From positions 352,001 through 416,000 of the forward strand of contig JBGAHS010000008.1 of assembly GCA_044226015.1 (NCBI GenBank): 64,000 nt of DNA, given 5' to 3'. Positions within the stretch are counted from its first letter, which is position 1; each line of letters starts with the position of its first letter. The position numbers and the translations under genes were made by a program. Below the pieces are notes generated by a model, which saw nothing but the letters and a program-made list of their open reading frames with translations, was not told where the DNA came from and made no database searches. This document shows positions 1 to 9,860 of this stretch, piece after piece. This DNA is from Candidatus Obscuribacteraceae bacterium. GTDB taxonomy: Bacteria; Cyanobacteriota; Vampirovibrionia; Obscuribacterales; Obscuribacteraceae.

Positions 1-127
1 GGCAATTCTATAAGTTTCATTTTGTCTGAGCTAATTGTCCTCAAAATTAATATGCAATTTGAATTTCTCAAAATTTCTGCAAAAGGGGCCAACTGGGGGC
101 CACCAAATCAAAAAGCCTACCCCAAAT

Positions 128-154
128 AAAAAACGCCCCTCATCTCGAAGGGCG
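128..154 (-). terminator. Rho-independent terminator downstream of the tRNA-Arg 3' fragment
   Basis: Minus strand reads CGCCCTTC-GAGAT-GAGGGGCG followed by TTTTTT. Confidence 0.65.
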
Positions 155-174
155 CTCTCTATAATCGTTTCGAT

Positions 175-226
175 TGGCCTGCCCGGCATGATTCGAACAT
201 GCGACCTCATGGTTCGTAGCCATGCG
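175..226 (-). tRNA. 3' half of tRNA-Arg(ACG); truncated, probable att site of an integrated element
   Basis: Minus strand: CG CATGG-CT ACG AA-CCATG (anticodon arm), AGGTC, GCATG-TTCGAAT-CATGC (T arm), CGGGCAG G CCA. No D arm or 5' acceptor strand (CTGCCCG) upstream. Confidence 0.85.
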
Positions 227-291
227 AGCCGAGTTAAATGAGGAGCCACCAGATGAATGCCTTTTAACAAGAAACAACGCAAAAAAATGAA

Positions 292-1311
292 TTGGTGTCG
301 GAACCCGACGACATTAGCTCGCGGCTTACTGCGGCAGCCAGCCAGCAGCCGATCGCGGACAAGACAAATCCAAATCAGCTTGTCGCAAAAATTGGGATTA
401 CCACCAGCAGGATTGTCAGTAACATCATTGCACACCACACCTGCACGATAGAAGACGGCTCTATTTTTAACACCTTGAGTGTTGTCAGCAGAGCACAACA
501 AACCAATGCTCCATTTTTCAACATCCCGCAATCCTGTCGCAAAATCTGGGACCGCGTAAATTCCTGCGTTCTATCAGGATCTACACCAACTCGCGAACAT
601 GCGCACTTCAGATTAGCCATGCTTTACCAAGAAATTCCAGACACTGAGAAAGCCAACATCGCTGAAGCATATCTTGATGCTGACGACGCTGCCACCGCAC
701 TGGAGTGGATGAAACGCATACCAGCACGCAAAGCGAAGTCTGATGTATGGAATTACGATTCGCTGATGCTCAAAATTCATCAGAGCTTGGGCAACAGTAA
801 GGAAGCCTCGAAAATTGCATTGAGAGATTTCCGCCAATTTCGAAGCGAGCACGCTTTTGAAAAACTACTGTCTGTGATTGGCAAAGACAAGCGAGAAACA
901 ATCATTGAGCAGGAAGTCTCGATTGTTCATCAAACAAAAGCATTCGTCCCAGAGGATGCTTTATTCCTTATCCAAGGCAAAAGAATGAATGATGCGGAGC
1001 AGTATGTACTAAAACGAGCAAAACAGCTTGATGGCGATCAGTATTACAGTCTTTCAGAAATCGCTACAGCCCTGCATGACGCTGAGCGATTTCTTGCTGC
1101 CACCATGGTCTATCGCGCATTGCTTGATTCAATACTCATCAGAAAACAATCGCGAGCTTACCATCATGGCGCAGATTACCTGAACGCCTTAGAATCGATG
1201 AGCACGAAAATTCTGGAGTGGAATGATACCATTCCACACGAGCGCTACATCAACGAGCTGCGCGCAGAGCACGGACGCAAGTACAGTTTCTGGAATCAAT
1301 TTCGCGATTAG
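292..1311 (+). CDS. DUF6880-like helical protein, possibly N-terminally truncated or chimeric
   Basis: C-terminus ATMVYRALLDSIL..QSRAYHHGADYL..HERYINELRAEHGRKYSFW is typical of this island-associated family; the N-terminal ~110 aa look atypical. Confidence 0.65.
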   Translation: MVSEPDDISSRLTAAASQQPIADKTNPNQLVAKIGITTSRIVSNIIAHHTCTIEDGSIFNTLSVVSRAQQTNAPFFNIPQSCRKIWDRVNSCVLSGSTPTREHAHFRLAMLYQEIPDTEKANIAEAYLDADDAATALEWMKRIPARKAKSDVWNYDSLMLKIHQSLGNSKEASKIALRDFRQFRSEHAFEKLLSVIGKDKRETIIEQEVSIVHQTKAFVPEDALFLIQGKRMNDAEQYVLKRAKQLDGDQYYSLSEIATALHDAERFLAATMVYRALLDSILIRKQSRAYHHGADYLNALESMSTKILEWNDTIPHERYINELRAEHGRKYSFWNQFRD

Positions 1312-1336
1312 GCTGGGTATTGTTTCGCCCTGACGC

Positions 1337-1477
1337 AACTGACAATCTAGGCATATTTCGAATGAACAAATTTATCGCGGTGCCACCCTTGAGGACAAAA
1401 CAGTCCTCTTGAGCGATTATCGGCAGAACACGCATAATTAGCGCAACTTGTTTTCTATATGTTGTGAGGTCGGTCAT
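1337..1477 (-). pseudogene. abiEii: Truncated AbiEii/AbiGii nucleotidyltransferase toxin (type IV TA)
   Basis: YRKQVALIMRVLP..FVLKGGTAINLFIRNMPRLSV, then similarity is lost exactly where the catalytic DxD is expected; overlaps the abiEi stop. Confidence 0.85.
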
Positions 1478-2279
1478 TTTGCAGTTCCTCCGGCACTGTT
1501 ATGAGGTATTTAGGATCAAGCTTACCTCCAGGCACCAACATCCGCTTACCTTTGCCGATGTCGATTTTTTCGGTATCGATCATCTTAAGCCACGCGTGAT
1601 CATGCCTGTGAGCGAACCAAAGAAACAACCTTTTTGTTTTTACGCTCCGACAATTAGCGAGAAGCAGATTCAAGAATTTCGGTCGCAAGTTACTCAAGCT
1701 TTCCATCAACGCGTCAACCTGAGCAAAACTTTCATGATTTGGCAATTCATCCAGAACTTCAAGTATAGCTCGTTCGGGCGTTGAGATGCGCATTTTCCAA
1801 TCAGACTCGCCCCAGCGGTGCTCGCTAAAGTGAGCTCGTTGCGATTCCTTACTGTTCTCAATCGACTCTGTACAAAACAAGAGAGCCGAGTGAAAAACAA
1901 ATTTTCTGTCTAACTTCAGTCTTGCCACCCAGGGTGGTGGCAGTTCATCTCCATAGAGATGAACTTCGGTTGGACCAGACAGGGAAAGATAGTGCACAAA
2001 TCCATACAACTCTATGGCGCTGCGTCCGCCAACGGTTAACGGAATATTCAGCAAATTCTGAATTGAGAGCAAAGCGGTTTCCCATCTTTTCTGATCAATG
2101 AAGGCGCTTTTTCGGTAAAAGACACCGCGTGCTGGTGATTCAAGCCAACCGTGCTGAACGTACTTGGCTAGTAACTGTCTTGAGTAGCCGCGCTCTTGTA
2201 GCCAGAATGAATCTACCGGCAGACCTTCGGGCAAAATCTGTTGCAATCGGTTTAGCTTTGTCTGTTTTTGTATACTCAT
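1455..2279 (-). CDS. abiEi: Type IV TA antitoxin, AbiEi family
   Basis: KLNRLQQILPEGLPVDSFWLQERGYSRQL.., VGGRSAIELYG..HYL, ISTPERAILEVLDELP, LRPK..LLANCRSVKTKRLF, DIGKGKRML; start taken at MSIQKQ. Confidence 0.9.
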   Translation of the reverse strand: MSIQKQTKLNRLQQILPEGLPVDSFWLQERGYSRQLLAKYVQHGWLESPARGVFYRKSAFIDQKRWETALLSIQNLLNIPLTVGGRSAIELYGFVHYLSLSGPTEVHLYGDELPPPWVARLKLDRKFVFHSALLFCTESIENSKESQRAHFSEHRWGESDWKMRISTPERAILEVLDELPNHESFAQVDALMESLSNLRPKFLNLLLANCRSVKTKRLFLWFAHRHDHAWLKMIDTEKIDIGKGKRMLVPGGKLDPKYLITVPEELQNDRPHNI

Positions 2280-2280
2280 A

Positions 2281-2323
2281 GTTGACATTATAGCGCACAT
2301 ACGAACCCATGGTTTACATTATA
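2281..2323 (-). promoter_or_regulatory. abiE promoter/operator: two direct repeats, each containing TATAAT
   Basis: Minus strand TATAATGTAAAC (2312-2323) and TATAATGTCAAC (2281-2292) directly upstream of the abiEi start. Confidence 0.45.
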
Positions 2324-2380
2324 CCTATTTTGTAGCCTCTGTGTTGACCAATTTAGCAATTCCCAAACCACCCCTTCAGG

Positions 2381-2636
2381 GTCGGGAAACCGACTTCACC
2401 CCAAGGTAATGGTATTCCTGGCTACGAGGATGGTTACGTAATGGATGATGCACCGTTACCTCCCGATATGGATGCACCAACAGTGGTGCTTTTCTCTACA
2501 AAGGACAAATGGTAATGTTTTTGCCGTAGACTGCTCCGGCGGAATGGGATTGGGAGATTTTCAAAATGAATGGTCAACGCCAGATGATGCAATCCCAGAC
2601 ATTCTAGAATTCTACTTTGGCGATCCTGCGCGATGA
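2381..2636 (+). pseudogene. Frameshifted, 5'-truncated paralog of the 2698..3150 gene
   Basis: First frame VGKPTSPQGNGIPGYEDGYV..MDAP..KW* (stop 2513); after a +1 shift NVFAVDCSGGMGLGDFQNEWSTPDDAIPDILEFYFG, matching the downstream gene. Confidence 0.8.
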
Positions 2637-2697
2637 ATTTGAAAGCGTACCGAATAGCTGAGCTGCAATAGTTGAAAGCAATTAACTCAGAGGAAAA

Positions 2698-3150
2698 ATG
2701 TCCCAAATTGATGAAAAATACTTGAATAAACTTCGCTCTGCTGGGCTGTTCGTTTCACACCCTATAGAAGCTTTTCTTGATGGAGTGTGGGTTGTGAAAC
2801 CCGCGTCCACCGCAGGCAATCATATTCCCGGCTACTCAAATGGTGGCTACGTTAGTCTCGACGAAGAACCGATATGCCCTGCTAGCGATGCACCAATGCT
2901 CAAGTTCATATGTGTGAATGAGTGCAGGTGGCAGGTAGATGGACAAGACTGCGCTGGTGGCATGGGACCAGCAGATTTCATTGATGAATGGAAAACAGCT
3001 GAAGAAGCAATCAGTGACATTCTAGATTTTTATTTTGGCAATTCCGATCGCATAGACAGAAAAGCTGTGGAAGAGGAAAATTTCAGGGCTCGTCTTGAAG
3101 CCAGCCGACGCAACAAGCTTAAGTTAGAGGACCGCCCTGGTTCTCAATGA
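2698..3150 (+). CDS. Hypothetical protein, possible immunity-type protein
   Basis: 150-aa ORF with GAGG RBS; motifs KPxS..GNxIPGY and DCAGGMGPADFIDEW..AISDILDFYFG shared with the upstream pseudogene. Confidence 0.7.
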   Translation: MSQIDEKYLNKLRSAGLFVSHPIEAFLDGVWVVKPASTAGNHIPGYSNGGYVSLDEEPICPASDAPMLKFICVNECRWQVDGQDCAGGMGPADFIDEWKTAEEAISDILDFYFGNSDRIDRKAVEEENFRARLEASRRNKLKLEDRPGSQ

Positions 3151-3238
3151 AGCATGGAAGGTATATTTCATACTTCACTGAGCAGCGAGTAGAATAAGGA
3201 CGCAAGTTCAGTTGCTGGAATCAATTTCGCAAGTAAGC

Positions 3239-4468
3239 ATGATGAGTAAAACCGAAGCATACAAATGGGAATTCAAGCCGCGCTTCAGGCGTGGTGCTTT
3301 TGGCTGGCGTTCGCAGCCTGCCATAAAGCGCGTCAAGGAAGCAGTCAGTGAAATCAAAAAGGTCGCTCGCCGCGAGCCATTGCTTGCAGCGGAGGGCGCA
3401 GTTTCTTTCCTCGAACGTGTTTCGCCAGCGCTCGAAAAGGTAGATGGCTCTTCCGGAGCAATCGGTACTGCAGTTTATCGTGCGGTCGAAACAATGGTGA
3501 CAATAATCGCAGCGGCGGATGCAGATCTTAGCGTCCGCAGGAAATGGCTGCAACGGCTCTGGAAAGCCATCGAAGCTGACGAGATTCCCTACATCGAAAG
3601 CCTGGACGAACACTGGGGCACCATATGCGCCACCGCAGAAATAGCCTCAGAATGGGCTGACGAGCTGCTTCCGCTTGTGCGGCTCGTTGCTGAAAGCCCC
3701 GGGTTCTGCTACTCTAGAGCTACTACAGTTTGTTTCGCGTCCTTGTATAAAGCGGGTCGCTACGAGGAACTGCTGCATTTGTTGAAAGCACACCCATTTC
3801 GTTTTGACTCGTACCAGGCGTACGCGGTAAGAACTCTGTTCACGCTTGATCGCAAGGAAGAAGCCCTTGCGATCGCGGATGCATGCAGGCGCACTTCCGT
3901 AAATGGCACGCCTTCGATTGATCAGGTCTTGATTGAATACATGCTGGCACCCGCACCAGTTGAATTGGATTATGGACCAGCCGCATTTCAAGCTCTTCGA
4001 AAAAGGACTTACATCGCATGGTATCGAGCGGTGTCCGAGAAGTTTCCCGGAAGGCAGCCTATCGAGATTCTTCAAGACTTGATTGCCACCATGCCTGGTG
4101 AAGAAGGCAAATGGTTCGCCACAGCCAAAGAGTTAGGTGCCTTGGAATTGGCTATCAGACTCGCTAATACTAGCCCGTGTGACCCGAACACTCTGTCGCG
4201 TGCTGCGCGAGATTATCTCGACAAGGATGCGCAATTTGCCATGGACGCTGGACGGGCAGCACTGCATTGGTACCTGCAGGGATATGGCTTCGATGTAGCG
4301 TCTTATGATGTCCTGTACGCCCTCGATACCACCATGAAAGCCGCGGCACAACTGGGACAGACGGATTCGCTTAAAGCGGAGCTTCGACTTCAGGTGGAAC
4401 CCAAATTGAAGCGACGCAGCAATGTTGCGATATGGCTGGCACCGCGCCTTGGTATTACTTCGCCCTGA
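3239..4468 (+). CDS. Conserved hypothetical alpha-helical protein (mobile-element associated)
   Basis: About 410-aa ORF; KWEFKPRFRRGAFGWRSQPAIKRVKEAVSEIKKVAR..VDGSSGAIGTAV..PGEEGKWFATAK..SPCDPNTL; function unknown. Confidence 0.75.
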   Translation: MMSKTEAYKWEFKPRFRRGAFGWRSQPAIKRVKEAVSEIKKVARREPLLAAEGAVSFLERVSPALEKVDGSSGAIGTAVYRAVETMVTIIAAADADLSVRRKWLQRLWKAIEADEIPYIESLDEHWGTICATAEIASEWADELLPLVRLVAESPGFCYSRATTVCFASLYKAGRYEELLHLLKAHPFRFDSYQAYAVRTLFTLDRKEEALAIADACRRTSVNGTPSIDQVLIEYMLAPAPVELDYGPAAFQALRKRTYIAWYRAVSEKFPGRQPIEILQDLIATMPGEEGKWFATAKELGALELAIRLANTSPCDPNTLSRAARDYLDKDAQFAMDAGRAALHWYLQGYGFDVASYDVLYALDTTMKAAAQLGQTDSLKAELRLQVEPKLKRRSNVAIWLAPRLGITSP

Positions 4469-4655
4469 CGTACTGGAGCAGTCCGCGCGCGTGCTGCTTA
4501 TCACAATATTGCGTCCCTTTACGCCGGATTTTACAAAGATCTGAATCCAGTCCAACATGACTGCAATCCCTGAACAATGGATAGTTAAGCGAAATCAAAA
4601 CAAGGTATTTCAGAAATATTTCAGCTAGGTCCTGCTAAGCACCAGCCTAGAAAAA

Positions 4656-4850
4656 TTGATGACCAATTGTCCTATCGGAGCAACACTAAAAAAGTTTGGA
4701 TACGGCTCACACGCTGTAGTTGTTGATGGCGCAACAGCAGAAGGGAATCTGCTAATACGAGACCCTGCAAATGGTCTAAAATACGAGATGGAACGAAAGG
4801 AATTTTTAGACTTGCTTGAAACTGTAATCTACAAAAAGAAACGAGGATAA
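4656..4850 (+). pseudogene. Orphan C-terminal fragment of a papain-like (C39-like) peptidase/toxin domain
   Basis: SHAVVVDG..NLLIRDPANG.KYEM..KEF carries the His and Asp motifs of the papain fold; the catalytic Cys half is missing. Confidence 0.55.
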
Positions 4851-4855
4851 ATCTA

Positions 4856-5383
4856 ATGGATCTCAAACAGCTCGTTTCAGAAACTTCTGGAAAATACGTA
4901 CTTCGTTGTGGTGAAGATGCCAAAACAGTGCTCACGATTCAGCTAACCCCCGACCTAAGAGGTTTAGATTCGGTTGAGATGTTGCCCTTCAGACCAGTAG
5001 AGAATGAAGAGAAGGAACTAATGTTAGAATGCGTTTCGTCTTTCGCAAAAGCGCAACAAACGATGCAGCTGATTATGGGAGAGCAGCGACTCGTGGGAAG
5101 CGAAAAATCTTCCACAGTGAGCAATAAAAAAATGTTCCCCTACGCCATAGAGCTGATTAGTGAAACTAACGAGCTTGAACAATACCTGGTCCGCTTCAAT
5201 TCAGAGGGACAACAAATAGATCACACTTTCCATGTAAGCTATGCCGACGTCGACGCGCCAGGCATAACATGGGACGAGCAGTTCTGGTCAAACATAGATG
5301 GCGAATTAAGCCTCGCCCGCCCATTGTTCAAAGCCATTGCAACTTTCTCCAAACTGCGACATTTTGAGCTAGCTGCCAGGTAA
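4856..5383 (+). CDS. Hypothetical protein, candidate immunity protein
   Basis: 175-aa acidic ORF starting 5 nt after the papain-like fragment, GAGG RBS. Confidence 0.55.
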   Translation: MDLKQLVSETSGKYVLRCGEDAKTVLTIQLTPDLRGLDSVEMLPFRPVENEEKELMLECVSSFAKAQQTMQLIMGEQRLVGSEKSSTVSNKKMFPYAIELISETNELEQYLVRFNSEGQQIDHTFHVSYADVDAPGITWDEQFWSNIDGELSLARPLFKAIATFSKLRHFELAAR

Positions 5384-5596
5384 GATAGCTAACGCTTTAC
5401 TCAACAACTCCTGAACCATTTGCATTCTTGGACATTCCAGACTCTATAAGCCGACCCTTCTGGTCCTCGTTGCCGCTCAAATCGGTGCTGAAAGAAAGAA
5501 TCTGGCAGGAGAGCGCTGATTAAATACAAAAGCGCAATGTCATAAACATCAATCTCAGAGCTAGCAGAGATTCTAAGATCCGTTCGGTTTAGAGTT

Positions 5597-6727
5597 TCAA
5601 GGCTTACTGCCACCAGCCGCTGCAGTCTCCAGCTTCCGCTTCTCTTTCCCTGACAGAACGCGATACCACTGGTAGTGCCCATCTGTTTCAAGTTTCAGCT
5701 TGATCGGATCAGCTTCTTTATTTTCGACGCCCTTGAGCGCGAGCTTTTTGATCAGATCAGTTTGAATGGAGTGCCCAATAAATCCCTTGTCCATCGCAGT
5801 AAATTCGACTGTTTTCAAGCCCGGAATTTCGGGCGGTCTGCGCCAGTCCACATCAACATTGTCGACCGTTGAAGTGCCCAACCGCGCACGTCCATGGACT
5901 CGCCGCGACAATCCCAGCGCCTTGTCTTTCGCCGAAATCAGGATCCAACTTTCCGTCGCGCTGCTGCAAACATTCGCCGCGTAATTGTTGAATGTTCCGC
6001 TATCAATATCGGGCGATGTAAGCACAAGGTCGCAAAATTTGGGAGTGCTGACATTCTTTGCTTGATTCAACTCAGCTCTCGCATTGAGCGCCCACATCAG
6101 CAGCCTGTTGCCCATGCTGTGCCCAACAATCATTATCTTCGTCTGGTCGCCAACGGCGTTTTCCAAATCAGCAAGGAATCTCCTGAAGTGCAACAAACTC
6201 CACTCAGCGTTACACTCATCCTTTATGTAGTGCAGCGTTTTCTCGTTGGACGGCCAGCAATACGCAATCACCGGCGCGCCGAAAGACAAGCCGAAATCAG
6301 CCGCTCGCTGCAGCGCGACATCCATGCCGTTGTTATAGCCGTGCACAAACAGAATCACCCTGTCGGCGTTGCGCAGCTTCGCAAGCACATCTTCATAGAA
6401 TCCGGCAGGCTCACGATATTGCGATTTGACATTGTCAACGATGATTTTGTTTTGCCGCTGCGTTTTGTTGCGCCAACCGAGATTGTAGTGCTCTCTTGCA
6501 TCACTCGTGCTGGGCACCGCGACCTGGCATTGCCCAAGTTCCACACCTTCGGCGTAACGGCGCTTGCAGTTGTATTGCGGGTCGGAGTTGCCACCATCTC
6601 TCTGCCGATCTGTAACGTAAAAAACAGGCATCTCGATCGACTTCACATCTTTGGCGCGCACGGCAGATTGCACGCCGAGCGTCATCGCGAGAGACAAAAT
6701 CACGACCATCTGTTTGTTTGCTTGCAT
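5597..6727 (-). CDS. Alpha/beta hydrolase, DUF900 family, secreted
   Basis: Signal peptide; VFYVTDR, ILFVHGYNN, YCWPS, GHSMGNR nucleophile elbow, SPDID, DKALGLS, GHS. Confidence 0.9.
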   Translation of the reverse strand: MQANKQMVVILSLAMTLGVQSAVRAKDVKSIEMPVFYVTDRQRDGGNSDPQYNCKRRYAEGVELGQCQVAVPSTSDAREHYNLGWRNKTQRQNKIIVDNVKSQYREPAGFYEDVLAKLRNADRVILFVHGYNNGMDVALQRAADFGLSFGAPVIAYCWPSNEKTLHYIKDECNAEWSLLHFRRFLADLENAVGDQTKIMIVGHSMGNRLLMWALNARAELNQAKNVSTPKFCDLVLTSPDIDSGTFNNYAANVCSSATESWILISAKDKALGLSRRVHGRARLGTSTVDNVDVDWRRPPEIPGLKTVEFTAMDKGFIGHSIQTDLIKKLALKGVENKEADPIKLKLETDGHYQWYRVLSGKEKRKLETAAAGGSKP

Positions 6728-6945
6728 AAAGGCGCCTCAGCTGCTGCTTCCGGTGCGAGTGCCTGGTCTTATCGCGACCCAAAAGCCATCACACATAGAT
6801 TGAACCGATCCATTTTACTTGGAAATTGGCGAGCGGAACAACAAATTTCCAAGAAAGATGCGAGCAAATCCCTCTTGAATTACTAGCAAGTACCACAGAC
6901 TTGTACTAACAAAAATGATGTACTGACTCTATGAAACGCCAGCCC

Positions 6946-8088
6946 CTATAAAGCTTTAATAGGAGGATGGGTCTTCAGGTAGTCTACAATTTCTTCTGGA
7001 TCATCAAGCAAACAAATCAGCTTAGCGTAAGGCTTATTTTCATCACGCGCCAACTTTTTCAGAAAAGGATAAATAGGTTTAGCGCAAGCCCAATACTCTG
7101 TACCTAAAAATATCATTGGACTGGCTTCACCATTACTCATGTAATAGTTCTGCGCAGCATCTTGAAAGATCTCTTGGATGGTGCCCGCTTTTCCAGGACT
7201 AAAAATAATTCCACCTTTCGCAAGAGTGACCAGTCCATCCTCTCGAATTGAATTAGCAAAATACTTTGCGATGTGCGTTGCAAACGGCGTAGATGGCTCG
7301 TGCCCGTATAGCCAGGTCGGAATAGCCAAGCTCGCTGCTGGTTGGTATTTTTGGGAAACCTCGTCCAAAAGCTTGAACGCCGAAGACAACCAAGGGTGAA
7401 GTCCGCTTTCAAAGCCTGGTACGTTCGACAGCTCAGTGATGGCTGCATCCATCTCGGCAAGAGTTCCGTTTGCGAATAATGGACCCAAGTGCGATGCCTC
7501 CATAGCACCTGGACCACCACCACTAACCACCAGGTATCCTTCTCTGCATAACAGCCACGAGAGTTTTGCAACTGTGCGGTAGTCCTCCGCACCTCTGACC
7601 ATTTTGTGCCCACCCATGATCGCAACCATTTTGTAAGAATCAATGTTGTTTTGCCTGGTGAAGTCACCTATGGCATCGTCAATTGCGTGATCGTGCATTC
7701 TTTGCAAAAGTGCTTCAAAGACACCTAAATCATCCTTGTTTTTTTTCCAGTATTCATAAATTTTAGAATCAGGAGTTCGTTTATACGAATTAGGATCGGC
7801 TTGGTCAAATCCATCATATAAATCTCTGGCAGTATAAAGTGAACTGCGGTATGGATTGAAAACGAGACCGGGAATCGTGGGAAACGTCAAAGCCTTATTC
7901 TGATCGAAATACCGTTGAACGGCTTCTGTAAAAGTACAGCCCAAGAAGACCGCTCCTGCTACCGGTGTAGTCAATATTTTCGACTCAAACGATGAAAGAT
8001 CTAGATTTTGCACGACACAGTCCTCTAGAGTTGTTTCCAGCTGCGCCTTAAACTGATCAATCGTATCAATCTCTTTCATCCCTTTCAC
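6946..8088 (-). CDS. LOG/SLOG-family Rossmann-fold nucleotide-binding protein
   Basis: MGGH, VVSGGGPGAMEA, IPTWLYGHEP, KYFANSIREDGL, PGKAGTIQEIFQDA; start may be ATG 8079. Confidence 0.85.
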   Translation of the reverse strand: MKGMKEIDTIDQFKAQLETTLEDCVVQNLDLSSFESKILTTPVAGAVFLGCTFTEAVQRYFDQNKALTFPTIPGLVFNPYRSSLYTARDLYDGFDQADPNSYKRTPDSKIYEYWKKNKDDLGVFEALLQRMHDHAIDDAIGDFTRQNNIDSYKMVAIMGGHKMVRGAEDYRTVAKLSWLLCREGYLVVSGGGPGAMEASHLGPLFANGTLAEMDAAITELSNVPGFESGLHPWLSSAFKLLDEVSQKYQPAASLAIPTWLYGHEPSTPFATHIAKYFANSIREDGLVTLAKGGIIFSPGKAGTIQEIFQDAAQNYYMSNGEASPMIFLGTEYWACAKPIYPFLKKLARDENKPYAKLICLLDDPEEIVDYLKTHPPIKAL

Positions 8089-8383
8089 CTCAATTTTTGT
8101 AGCACAAAAAGAACTTAGCCTTCAGTAAGCCAATAGCCAATAACGTTCAACCCAGAGCGACTTGCGAATTCGCGGAGGGCTAGGAATTTCCGGAACCTCG
8201 TAAACTATAGCGCACTTTATCGTAAGCAGTCATGCATGAAAGACATCAAAAATAAATTTCCATATCAACATTCGCAACTACCTATATTTCGGATTTCAGA
8301 CGGTCCTAAACCGGGTCGGCTCCAAGTTTTTCTTTGAGGCGTGAAAAACGAAGAGAACCAAAGACGTGAATTCAAGAGAGAAA

Positions 8384-8407
8384 GAGTTACACGATTATGT
8401 GTAACTC
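8384..8407. promoter_or_regulatory. Perfect 9-bp inverted repeat in a divergent intergenic region (possible operator)
   Basis: GAGTTACAC-gattat-GTGTAACTC. Confidence 0.4.
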
Positions 8408-8520
8408 CAACATTTTGTCGAACTTTTCATAATTGATGCGAACAAAGCATCTGAGCGGCTGTCTGCGCATTCAGCGTCTAACTATTTGCGACCATAAATC
8501 AAAAAAGTTCGGACAAACAA

Positions 8521-9849
8521 ATGAGACAGGATATGATTGACCACAGTTTTATGGGAGTGAATACTTTGCAAGAATCTATACGTGACAAGAGCAGAACTCG
8601 TTTGCTTTCTCTTCTATTTATCGCAAGCACGCTTCTTACACCACCCAATTCGCAAGCCGCTCCCCAACCCGCCGTCAAGAAACCTACGAAAGCAGCCACA
8701 GTCTCTTCGGCTCGAAATCGCCATTCAATTGGTGTTTCGCACACAAGCAAAAATCAACCGAAGACGAGTCCTGCGTCAATCCACCATCGCACTACTTCGG
8801 AAGTACATCCCCAAGGTACAAGCCCACCCGAGAAGAGAATCACTGGTACTTTCATCCAAATTGGAGAGGCAGACCTAGCTGACAACGCTTCTTGGGAAAA
8901 GCATCTCGACGTCATCAGAAGCTTGGGATTAAAGCGCATCATCATTCAATATGTAGATAAGCCAAATTTTCATTTGCTCGCTCAGCAAAACGATCCAGTA
9001 CCGTTCATATTGAGTTATTGCAGAAGAAACGGCATTGAGGTGCTTATGGGCACTTACTACGAAAATGGTTTCATTGATCGCTACTGGAATAACGACCTTT
9101 CTGACTTCCAGGAGAACAGCAGGGTCTTTAACGCAACAAGAGACGCCGCAAAAAATGCAGCCACTAAATACAATCTAGCAGAAGAACCATGTTTCAAGGG
9201 ATGGTACCTTTCACTCGAACCTTTTCTCATTTCGTTGAGCCAAGAAAAGCAAGTTGCGTTCAACCAGTTTCTCAAACGTTGCGTCGCAGAACTGCCAGCA
9301 CGACGACCTAACGACATCGTTGCAACCAGCGTTTTCTTACCCGATACCGCAGCTAGGGACGACTACTCTAGTAATATTGCAGAGCTTATCCCTGTAATCA
9401 AAGACAGCGGAGTAAACGTGTTAATGCTACAAGATGGTGTCGGGAAACTCAATGGCATGAGAGTAGACGGCATGACAGCGCCATTGAATTTGAATACCTT
9501 GCAAAATCTCAAGAATTTCATCGAGCCATATATGCTTGCATTTATGAATTTAGAACGTTCATTACCGGGGGTAAAACTGTGGCTTGATTTGGAAATTTAC
9601 GACCCGGACGGAGCTGAAACCAAACCGCCGGCGGTATCACAAAGAGTATTGAATCAGCTTGAATTAGAGACACCCTTTCTAAGGTCGAATTCGGAGATAA
9701 TAGCCTGGGATGTCTACAACCAGATGAGCAAGTTCAACACAAATGGCGGCAAACAAGCGAAACGCACCGCATTTTACAACTTCTACTTTAACTACGTTAG
9801 GAATAAGTATCCCGCCGTTGTCGTGCCCATAGAAGGTGTCACCCCATAG
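8521..9849 (+). CDS. DUF4434-family glycoside-hydrolase-like TIM barrel, exported
   Basis: Hydrophobic N-terminal segment, then ITGTFIQ..W..LGLKRIIIQY, FKGWYLSLEP, LMLQDGVG, LWLDLEIY; start uncertain. Confidence 0.7.
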   Translation: MRQDMIDHSFMGVNTLQESIRDKSRTRLLSLLFIASTLLTPPNSQAAPQPAVKKPTKAATVSSARNRHSIGVSHTSKNQPKTSPASIHHRTTSEVHPQGTSPPEKRITGTFIQIGEADLADNASWEKHLDVIRSLGLKRIIIQYVDKPNFHLLAQQNDPVPFILSYCRRNGIEVLMGTYYENGFIDRYWNNDLSDFQENSRVFNATRDAAKNAATKYNLAEEPCFKGWYLSLEPFLISLSQEKQVAFNQFLKRCVAELPARRPNDIVATSVFLPDTAARDDYSSNIAELIPVIKDSGVNVLMLQDGVGKLNGMRVDGMTAPLNLNTLQNLKNFIEPYMLAFMNLERSLPGVKLWLDLEIYDPDGAETKPPAVSQRVLNQLELETPFLRSNSEIIAWDVYNQMSKFNTNGGKQAKRTAFYNFYFNYVRNKYPAVVVPIEGVTP

Positions 9850-9860
9850 CTGCTGAGTCG

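Noticed and set aside
175..260. Complete functional tRNA-Arg gene
   Set aside because: No D arm or 5' acceptor strand complementary to CGGGCAG; only the 3' 52 nt are present
5894..6886. 330-aa plus-strand ORF
   Set aside because: Antisense shadow of the DUF900 hydrolase, with no recognisable motifs
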